The translations under genes and the position numbers were made by a program. The notes beneath the pieces were generated by a model. That model made no database searches. It had not been told where the DNA came from and worked only from the letters and a program-made list of their open reading frames with translations. 26,314 nt of DNA from a virus (taxonomy: Duplodnaviria; Caudoviricetes): IMG/VR virus record IMGVR_UViG_3300017777_007810, positions 1-26,314 of that record; one strand, 5' to 3'. The first letter of the stretch is position 1. Every line of letters begins with the position of its first letter. This document shows, piece by piece, positions 19,001 through 26,314 of the stretch.

Positions 19001-21865
19001 TTATTTATAGCTATTAAATGGTATTGGTGGTATTGAGGTTGGTAGTGGTGGTATTACTAGTCCTGACATTGTTGTTAGTTGCTTTTCAAAACTAGCTGCC
19101 ATTTCATTTATTATTCCTGATGCTCCATCCTCTATTTTGGCTTTTATTGCTTTGAAAGGTCCTATAGTAAAGGTGACATGATTGCTATTAGTAGGTCCTA
19201 CCCAAGTAACACCTGTCCAAAACACTTTGGTTGCTAATCCAAAAACAACACTCATAATTTTAGCATCCAAGTTTATAGATTTTTTAGAAGTCTTAACCAC
19301 TTCCTCCTCAGACTCCTTTTTCTTTTTTTCTGCTTTCTTGGCTAAATAAGCTTTTATTTTTGCTATTATAATTTTTATTTTTTTAATTATAAAATTTTTA
19401 AAAACAGTTAGTTCTTTTTTTAAGAGATTAAACACAAGCAGTATAAATGATTGATTTTTTTTAAGTGTTTTATATATTTTTTGCAATACTACTCGTACTT
19501 TTACGTTTGTTATTTGCTCTACATCACATAGTGTTTTTACAACTTCTCTACTCTTATTAAGATATTTTCTTTCTAATGTTAATATGTTGTTTACTATCGA
19601 CATATCTTGCAATACACCACCACTTAACACTTGCATGGCCTCTTCTACTTGTTTTGGTGTTTTTGGTGGATTGTCAATTAAATTTTCTATTGCTTTAAGT
19701 GCAGTTGATTCTGGTGTGCTTTTTACCAATTTTTTAAATTCACTAATAAAGTCTGTTTCACGTATGTCTTTTATTGTTTCTATTAGGCCAAAGGTTAGTG
19801 CTTCAATAACTTTTAATGATTCAAACCTTTCTTTAAAAGCTATTTTTTCTGTGTTTAGCTCTTGTACTCTTGTTTGCGGTTGTTCATACTTTTGGTACAA
19901 ATAGTACCCATCCAAAAAACCATTTATAGCTATTTCGTTTTCGCTCAACCTATATTTACTTGCATTAATGTTTTTTACTATGGTAGTTGCGTTTTTCCCC
20001 ATTTTAAATACATAAGATCCTAATAAGATTTGGCGTTGTATTTGTTTTTTTCTTTCTTCTATTTTTTTCTTTTTAGCCTCCAAAGCTTCTTTTTTCTTTT
20101 TTTTATCTTCTATATTGCTGTTGGTTGGTATTGCTTTTGCTGCAGCTTCTGCCTTTTCTTTGGCTGACTTTTCAATTTTGTTTTTAATGGTTACGCCTAA
20201 TTGTTTAATTTTGTTTGCAATTGTTTTAATTATTTTTTGAATTCTAGGCTTTAGTTTCTTCAATATATCTTGTATTAATACTTTTAAAGACTTTCTATTT
20301 TTTGCAATTATTACTAGTTTTGGTGGTGGTAAGCCATTTTTTTCTGCATTTGCTTCTTTGTTCATTTGTTCAATACTCTTTACTGCTTCAACTAGCGTAT
20401 CTATTTCTTCAACTAGTGAATCATATTCGTTAGCATACGCTGTTATTCTCGAACTGCTTCGTTCAAAAAAAGTTTTAAAGGTTTGTATGTCACATTTGGT
20501 CTGTGTTATAATTAAAGCCATTTGATCTGCAAATTGTTTTAATCCTATGCTTGATGCGTAATCTTTTGCTTTTGCTGACTCCTTTTCTGGATTCACTAGG
20601 GATGTTGTGTTTGTTATGGCTTGTTGAGCTGCAGCTACTGCGTTTTCTATTTCTTGCTTTATTGCCTTAAACTCATCATCTAAACTAGTTATTAAATTTG
20701 TAACCTTTCCAACTATTGCAGCAATCGATTTACCAGCCTTAATGTATAGTTTTACTTTTTTTTGAATTCTTTTTATTTTTGCAACCGTTTCTTTTGCTTT
20801 TTTTATTTTAGCTTCAGCTGCTTTTTTATACAATTCAGTTGATTTATTTTTTTTCTTTTTGGCTGCGTGTTCAGCCATTTTTTGTTTAATTTTTTCTTTT
20901 ATAATTGCTAACTTTTGTTTTAATTTAACTTTAACTTTTTTTACCAATATATCTTTTTTCTTTTCTAGTTTTTTAAGTTGTGGTTTTAGCAGTGTTGCTA
21001 ATATTGTAAATCTTTTAAGCTTATCAAGAACAACTCTCATTTTAGGCCTTACTGGTGCTAATTTTCTTACATAGTTGATTAGTTGAGCTGGATTTAATAT
21101 TCCGTTTGCTAATGTTAAAAATTCCTTTGCAATGCCTAACAACTTTCCTATTACATAATCTTTTAATTGTTTGGTTTTAGCATCTCCCATATTTGCTTCT
21201 AGTTGCATGCCTTGCTCACCAACAAATAAGGCTATAGCTCTTATACCAGCAATGTTTGTTGGATCAAAATTTTTTATAGTTTCAATTAACTGTAATTCTT
21301 TACTAAACACAGTAGCAAATGTTTGTGGATCGAGTTGTAATTTCACACTATCAAATGCCACTTCTAGATTAACAACGTTAAAAGTTTGTTCTTGTATTGT
21401 GTCTTTTATTGCATCTATTATTTCTTCTATCAGCTTTGGTAATTGTTTTAATTCCTCTTTTACTATTTTTATTTGATCTATAATAGTCTTAACCTGTCTT
21501 TGTGTGTTTTTTATTTTTAGTATTATTTGTTTTGTTGTTGATATTAATGCATCAATAGAGGCTTTGTTTAAGCCAAGTTCTTTTGCAAAATAATAGCTAT
21601 GTATTATCTTATATACTGCTTTTTCCCTACTTTGAGCTGATGGTTTTGTGATTCCAGATGCTCCTATGGTAAACGGTGGAGGTGCAGTTGGGTTTAATCC
21701 TGGAGCTGGTAGCACTGGTGGAACTCCTATAGGAAGTCCAGAGGTTACTGTGTCAATATAGGCTTTAGTAATTGTTTTTGCCCAATCTTCAGCTCCTCCA
21801 ATAAGTCCATTATCTAGTTTTAGTATTATTGGTTGTGTGAAAGTTAATGCAAAGTTGTATGGCAT
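19001..21865 (-). CDS. Lys-rich helical/coiled-coil protein with Pro-rich termini, function unknown
   Basis: 954-aa uninterrupted ORF; K/I/L/E-dominated centre; lies between lysin and gp25-like genes. Confidence 0.75.
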   Translation of the reverse strand: MPYNFALTFTQPIILKLDNGLIGGAEDWAKTITKAYIDTVTSGLPIGVPPVLPAPGLNPTAPPPFTIGASGITKPSAQSREKAVYKIIHSYYFAKELGLNKASIDALISTTKQIILKIKNTQRQVKTIIDQIKIVKEELKQLPKLIEEIIDAIKDTIQEQTFNVVNLEVAFDSVKLQLDPQTFATVFSKELQLIETIKNFDPTNIAGIRAIALFVGEQGMQLEANMGDAKTKQLKDYVIGKLLGIAKEFLTLANGILNPAQLINYVRKLAPVRPKMRVVLDKLKRFTILATLLKPQLKKLEKKKDILVKKVKVKLKQKLAIIKEKIKQKMAEHAAKKKKNKSTELYKKAAEAKIKKAKETVAKIKRIQKKVKLYIKAGKSIAAIVGKVTNLITSLDDEFKAIKQEIENAVAAAQQAITNTTSLVNPEKESAKAKDYASSIGLKQFADQMALIITQTKCDIQTFKTFFERSSSRITAYANEYDSLVEEIDTLVEAVKSIEQMNKEANAEKNGLPPPKLVIIAKNRKSLKVLIQDILKKLKPRIQKIIKTIANKIKQLGVTIKNKIEKSAKEKAEAAAKAIPTNSNIEDKKKKKEALEAKKKKIEERKKQIQRQILLGSYVFKMGKNATTIVKNINASKYRLSENEIAINGFLDGYYLYQKYEQPQTRVQELNTEKIAFKERFESLKVIEALTFGLIETIKDIRETDFISEFKKLVKSTPESTALKAIENLIDNPPKTPKQVEEAMQVLSGGVLQDMSIVNNILTLERKYLNKSREVVKTLCDVEQITNVKVRVVLQKIYKTLKKNQSFILLVFNLLKKELTVFKNFIIKKIKIIIAKIKAYLAKKAEKKKKESEEEVVKTSKKSINLDAKIMSVVFGLATKVFWTGVTWVGPTNSNHVTFTIGPFKAIKAKIEDGASGIINEMAASFEKQLTTMSGLVIPPLPTSIPPIPFNSYK

Positions 21866-21885
21866 ATTCTGTTTTAATAATGTTA

Positions 21886-23835
21886 CTAAGTAAGGAATGT
21901 TGGTACTTTTATGACTGTTATAATACCACCTGGAAATGGTGCATTTAGTTTATGATAAACACCGTTTCCAGCTAAGTTTGGAGTGTTTCCTGAAACTATG
22001 CCACTTTTACTCTCATTTCCACCTACAGTCTCGTAGGTACCTGCACTATAATTAACTTTTACAACCATCTGTATGTGCGCAGCATTAGCTACAACTATAG
22101 CATCTCCTGGCTCTAACTGTCGGATATCTGGTGCGTCGAATGTTGGAAATCGTGGATCAACATTTTTTTTAGTAGGACCCTTAAAGCCAAGTTTTCCATC
22201 CTTGTAATGATAGGCTGCATTTGGTTTGCCATGGTCTAATCTATATTTCATAGCTCCTTCATTCCAAATATTTGTGCTTGCACCAATAGGGGGATAACCT
22301 GTTGCTCCCCCTATCCAATTATTGTTTTTAAATATATTAAGAAACTCTGCGTATTTTATGTTTTGATTATTTTTAAAATCCTTGTATCCTTGCAACCACC
22401 AAGCACAAATAGAATAAGCACAATAGTGCGTTGGCCCGCTAGCCTTTACTTTTGTTTTGCCAATTTGGTCTATGGGAAAATCTTTAGAGTAAGGACTTTG
22501 ATCACTTAACTGACTCACATAGCTATCAACTGGTTTTAAAACTCCATTTTTATCCTTGGCTAGTGGAACATCTGCTGCAGTACTTACTGATAGTACGTCA
22601 ATTAAACCCTTTGTATCTTTTACTGTACCAACATCACTTTTTCCATTAGCTTTTTTGTCAAAAAGGTTTCTGTATTGTATTGGGGCGGCATAGTCATTAT
22701 TCCAATAAGCTGTGCCTCTTGATGAAAAATATGGTGTTTTATACCAACCAACTGCCTTTAATTGTTTTTCAAAATTAGTAAGGTTTGCATCAGGAACTAT
22801 TAATGCGTTGCCATATTTATGGTCTATGTCAGTAAAGTGTGTAAAAAATGGAGTTTGATTGCGTACGCCTAACTGTGCAGCTTGCAGTGCATTTTTTACT
22901 ATAGCGTTACGTAATGCTGATATGTTTGGGTTATTAGTGTAAGCTATTGACGTATTTGTGTAATTGTCTGGTTTTATTATTTTATTAATTTTTGGAGCTG
23001 CTGCAACTTTTGGTGCAGATGATGTGTTTCCGGATGTTGGGTTTCCAGTTGGTGTTGCTCCTAATCCACCTGTTCCAGTTCCTCCTGCTCCTGTTCCACT
23101 TGTTCCTGTTCCACTTGTTCCTCCAGTTCCAGCTGATCCCGTTGGTGTTGATACAGTTTTGGATGGCACTACCACTAGCTTTGCTGGAATAAAAATTCTT
23201 TGTATGCTTTGGTGTAATGGTACATCATTTACAATGCTTTCAAGATAGGCTTTACCAAGGTAATATAATCCATCAATGCCATAAACCACAAAGCCACGCA
23301 AACAAGCATTATTAATAAACCAATCAAGATCGTTAGATATTGTTTGTTTTGTAATTTCTACATGTCTTCCGCTTTGCCTTACGTCAGTTCCTATTTTTGA
23401 TGGTACTGCACGATATAGCTTGTAATCCAGCTTAAGTTCAAACTCACCTATTGTTGTTTGTCCTTGTTTTAATGGTGGGTTAAAACTACTATCATTAATT
23501 CCATTTATAGCTGCTTTAACGTCTCTGTAAAGGGTTGTGTCATTTTCGTCATCATCATCTTGTATTTCAAAACCTTTTTTTAATGGCCAATTATATTTAC
23601 TTCCATTATAAGGTAGATGTTTTACTCTTGGTATTAACTCATCAAATATATCATACTCACTTTTATAACTTGATATTAGTTCAAAAACTTTACCAGTTTT
23701 TTCTTTATAATCTTTAGCTAATAATTTAATTGCTTTGTTTACTTCATCAACTATAGGCGTTGTACCTTGTTGTTGTAAATTACTATTTGTTGCTAATGTT
23801 TGATTAACTATTTGCAAAAAACCAGAAAAGCTCAT
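21886..23835 (-). CDS. Putative tail-associated peptidoglycan hydrolase: degenerate M15 peptidase domain, Gly/Thr linker, CHAP-like domain
   Basis: CHAP: HYCAY (Cys 22420-22422), PGDAIV, AHIQMV (His 22075-22077), TVGGNES. N-terminus: ISSYKS, WFINNA..RGF resemble VanY-type M15B. Confidence 0.7.
   Translation of the reverse strand: MSFSGFLQIVNQTLATNSNLQQQGTTPIVDEVNKAIKLLAKDYKEKTGKVFELISSYKSEYDIFDELIPRVKHLPYNGSKYNWPLKKGFEIQDDDDENDTTLYRDVKAAINGINDSSFNPPLKQGQTTIGEFELKLDYKLYRAVPSKIGTDVRQSGRHVEITKQTISNDLDWFINNACLRGFVVYGIDGLYYLGKAYLESIVNDVPLHQSIQRIFIPAKLVVVPSKTVSTPTGSAGTGGTSGTGTSGTGAGGTGTGGLGATPTGNPTSGNTSSAPKVAAAPKINKIIKPDNYTNTSIAYTNNPNISALRNAIVKNALQAAQLGVRNQTPFFTHFTDIDHKYGNALIVPDANLTNFEKQLKAVGWYKTPYFSSRGTAYWNNDYAAPIQYRNLFDKKANGKSDVGTVKDTKGLIDVLSVSTAADVPLAKDKNGVLKPVDSYVSQLSDQSPYSKDFPIDQIGKTKVKASGPTHYCAYSICAWWLQGYKDFKNNQNIKYAEFLNIFKNNNWIGGATGYPPIGASTNIWNEGAMKYRLDHGKPNAAYHYKDGKLGFKGPTKKNVDPRFPTFDAPDIRQLEPGDAIVVANAAHIQMVVKVNYSAGTYETVGGNESKSGIVSGNTPNLAGNGVYHKLNAPFPGGIITVIKVPTFLT
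23064..23130. repeat. Imperfect short repeats encoding Gly/Thr linker
   Basis: Recurrent CCTGTTCCA-like units; GTGGTSGTGTSGTGAGGTGTGG. Confidence 0.7.
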
Positions 23836-23853
23836 ATTGATTATTGTTTTGTG

Positions 23854-25530
23854 TTATATAATGTTAGGATTTATATTTGGATCTATTTCGCTTGAATCTT
23901 CATCAAACCAATCTGACTGACTATTATTTGGCTCACTACTGTTAAGCTCATCAGCACTATTATTCAAGGTTGTTGTACCTGTTGGACTAATTGGGTTGAT
24001 TGGATTGTTTATATTGTTTGGAATAATTGGTATTTCGTTGCTTAGGTTGCTTGGACCACCTGGATCTGCATCTGGACCGCCGTGGCTAATACCATCTATA
24101 AATGCATATGTACTAAGCATTTCAGGAATTCTTGCTTTTATCTGGTTAAAGGTTGCTCGTTCAGCTTCTTTAAATGCAGAATCTCCAGTTGGTGATATCA
24201 TTACTGCATTAGCTATTGTTTCTATTAAGTCCTCGAGCAAGTCTGCTAATTTTTGACCTAATACTAATGGTTCATAATCCTCATCAATAGTAGGTTCAGC
24301 TTTGCTATTAGGTGCTTTTGTTATGCCACCACCCTTACTCAAATCTATTCCTCTACCTGGTAATCCTAGATATAAGTTAGAATCACTATATATGTGTATA
24401 TCGTCTTTTGCATCTATGTTTACACTTCCTGGTGATGATATTGCTACACCTTCTTGTCCAAACAACAACAAGTAATCTTCTCTGCTATTTAATAAAATTC
24501 TATCGGAGTTTATTATTATTTGGCTACCAGCTGTGTAGTTGTTTTTATTATCGTCAATGCCTAGTATTGTTTTTTTTACTTGTGCTTTTTTTGTACCTTT
24601 TTTTAAACTAGTATCTTCTTGTACTGCTGCTAGTGATGGTTGCATGGCATCCCACAATCCAGGGGTGTGTTCATCATCAATGATCTCTAAATTTGGAAGT
24701 ACCTTTTCTAGATCCACATTACCATCTTCATTAAATGGCTCGCGATCAAACACCACTTCATTTGCTAATGCAATTGCCGTTCGTTCTTCTGCTGCTGCCT
24801 CACTTACCTCATCTGGTTCAGATAATGTATAGCTCCATGTTTTTAATATATCGGCTGTCGTAGCTACGTTTATTGGTACTTTTTGAGAAGTTGCTATGTA
24901 TATTGAAGAGTCATCATTATTAATATCTTCTTGTGTGTATTTATCTTCATTGCTACCATCATCAGTTATATAATCTCTATCAGCTCGCAATATCATTATT
25001 CCATCTCCTGATATTCCTGGTCCTTTAGGGTCTGCCCAAGTAAAGCCATCTGCTTTTTTTGAGTATTGACCAATTATTTTTTGTTGTGTGCAACCAAACC
25101 TAATACTAGTACCAAAGCGTCCTTGTAATATAAAATCTCCTTCATATGGTATGAGTTGTTTATACACTTTAATTTTGTTATCAGACTGCAGTACTTTACC
25201 AGGATCTGATATGGATGGGCTTGCAGCTTCGCTTGTCTTAGGATTATAGGTTGTATTGCTTGGGTTACCAATAACACGAGTATAGTAAGTTACTTTGTCA
25301 AATATCTCTAGTGTAACCATTTCACCTGGTATTGGATATTTTGTTATAGATCTATCCAATGGTGGGCAAGTTGATATTTGTCCAAAGCCCTCAAGTTGGT
25401 ACTCTATTATACCAAAAGCGTTTACTGATAGTACACGTGCTAAGTAGCTGTCTCTAGTATAGGCACCTGTTGATCCAGCTGTAGATCTTGCACTATTGTT
25501 GTAGTTGGTATCAAGAGTAGAACTATTCAT
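23854..25530 (-). CDS. Probable baseplate central spike/hub protein (gp5/gpV-like)
   Basis: N-terminal OB-fold-like YLARV...KYPIPGEMV; beta-rich EGDFILQGRFGTSIRFG and QIIINSDRILLNS..VAISSPGSVNIDA; EPLVLGQKLADLL; position upstream of lysin and gp25. Confidence 0.6.
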   Translation of the reverse strand: MNSSTLDTNYNNSARSTAGSTGAYTRDSYLARVLSVNAFGIIEYQLEGFGQISTCPPLDRSITKYPIPGEMVTLEIFDKVTYYTRVIGNPSNTTYNPKTSEAASPSISDPGKVLQSDNKIKVYKQLIPYEGDFILQGRFGTSIRFGCTQQKIIGQYSKKADGFTWADPKGPGISGDGIMILRADRDYITDDGSNEDKYTQEDINNDDSSIYIATSQKVPINVATTADILKTWSYTLSEPDEVSEAAAEERTAIALANEVVFDREPFNEDGNVDLEKVLPNLEIIDDEHTPGLWDAMQPSLAAVQEDTSLKKGTKKAQVKKTILGIDDNKNNYTAGSQIIINSDRILLNSREDYLLLFGQEGVAISSPGSVNIDAKDDIHIYSDSNLYLGLPGRGIDLSKGGGITKAPNSKAEPTIDEDYEPLVLGQKLADLLEDLIETIANAVMISPTGDSAFKEAERATFNQIKARIPEMLSTYAFIDGISHGGPDADPGGPSNLSNEIPIIPNNINNPINPISPTGTTTLNNSADELNSSEPNNSQSDWFDEDSSEIDPNINPNII

Positions 25531-25871
25531 TATTTGCTAACGTCTAAGATTGTTTGTGCTTCTTGTAGTAGTTGTGTGCGTTCAGCATCAGATAAACCTA
25601 GTTCGTCTGTTTTATCTTTATTGCTAACTACTAATAGTCTTTGAACTATTGCAGTTAATCTAACTAAGTTATCGTCATTTTTAACCGATATTTCTAGGTA
25701 TTCTTTTATCAAAGGAACCATTAAAGAAGCATCCGTCATGTTTCTTATTAACGGCTTGAGTTGATCAATTAGTGTGTTGATTTGTGTTTCTTTTTTCTTT
25801 GTGTTACTGTACACATCTCTAAGCAAATCACTAAACGTCTTATCATCAAATAATGGGGTATCTTTATCCAT
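25530..25871 (-). CDS. Hypothetical helical protein
   Basis: ATG start, TAATG coupling to the spike gene; TATTTATT at 25883-25890 and TATTTATA at 25919-25926 upstream. Confidence 0.75.
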   Translation of the reverse strand: MDKDTPLFDDKTFSDLLRDVYSNTKKKETQINTLIDQLKPLIRNMTDASLMVPLIKEYLEISVKNDDNLVRLTAIVQRLLVVSNKDKTDELGLSDAERTQLLQEAQTILDVSK

Positions 25872-25907
25872 ATTAATTTTCTAATAAATAGGCTTACTTT
25901 TAAATAA

Positions 25908-26156
25908 CTACTTACCCTTATAAATAGGTAATTTTTCCAAATCTTCTAAGTACTCTCTAAGTCTTTTTATCCTTACACCAGCTATCCAAGATTCACGATC
26001 CTCATAGTATCCAAGTTCTTTTAATAGTTTTGGATCAGTTTCTTTTGGATCAAAGTCAAACGCGTTTATGTTTGGACCACCACTAACACATTCCCAACAT
26101 TTAAGTTCTTCTTGTAATAGTAACTGCAATCCGTCTCTTGAAAGCACGACTAACAT
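25908..26156 (-). CDS. Hypothetical protein, 82 aa
   Basis: ATG at 26156 overlaps the upstream TAA (TAATG); fills the gap on the coding strand; single CWEC motif. Confidence 0.5.
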   Translation of the reverse strand: MLVVLSRDGLQLLLQEELKCWECVSGGPNINAFDFDPKETDPKLLKELGYYEDRESWIAGVRIKRLREYLEDLEKLPIYKGK

Positions 26157-26314
26157 TAGTACTTTTTATTTTTAAGTATGTAACCATGATGTAAGTAATC
26201 CATATACATGCTTGTATATTTATCTTTCATAGTTTTAACCATCTTTGTTATTTGCTGTGTACTTGCATTTGACATTTCTCTAATGTAAATGTATAATGCT
26301 TTTTTATTAAACAA
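26156..26314 (-). CDS. Partial CDS (3' end), putative phage sigma-factor-like transcription protein
   Basis: Not in ORF track. Open frame LFNKKALYIYIREMSNASTQQITKMVKTMKDKYTSMYMDYLHHGYILKNKKY*, HTH-like. Sigma assignment is from recall of FNKKALYIYIREM-type phage proteins; region 2 is outside the window. Confidence 0.5.
   Translation of the reverse strand: MFNKKALYIYIREMSNASTQQITKMVKTMKDKYTSMYMDYLHHGYILKNKKY

Noticed and set aside
19001-21865. Firm call as tape measure protein
   Set aside because: Extreme Lys richness, no adjacent tube/chaperone genes and no typical TMP repeats seen; not excluded but unsupported.
1528-24832. All plus-strand ORFs and short alternative-frame minus ORFs in the track
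   Set aside because: They lie inside long motif-bearing minus-strand genes and have antisense-shadow composition with no recognisable motifs.
25872-25910. Readthrough fusion of the 82-aa and 113-aa ORFs (same frame)
   Set aside because: Would require passing two TAG codons; in-frame placement has a one-in-three chance and the gap holds a promoter-like motif.
125-26314. Stop-codon reassignment
   Set aside because: Standard code gives near-complete coding density with uninterrupted long ORFs; TAA, TAG and TGA all end genes.

Overview
AT-rich phage DNA with every credible gene on the minus strand. The window is best read as the baseplate/adsorption module of a large contractile-tailed phage. 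Reading in transcription order (right to left): 3' end of a putative phage sigma-like factor, two small hypotheticals, a probable gp5/gpV-like spike, a tail-associated lysin (apparently dead M15 peptidase plus CHAP), a 954-aa Lys-rich coiled-coil protein, a small hypothetical, gp25-like and gp6/J-like wedge proteins, a DNRLRE-like protein, two paralogous Ig + carbohydrate-binding-fold proteins, a 1.5-kaa gp7/P2-gpI-like wedge protein, three tail-collar-like proteins (one with an inserted LamG domain), a T7 endonuclease I-like resolvase and the start of a further gene. Notable: a recurrent TATTTATA element upstream of starts (reverse complement of the T4 late promoter), no Shine-Dalgarno motifs (Bacteroidota-like host inferred), strong [S/T]-x-S enrichment in a subset of structural proteins, and repeated domain-within-domain insertions. 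All family calls come from motif recognition by eye; no searches were run.
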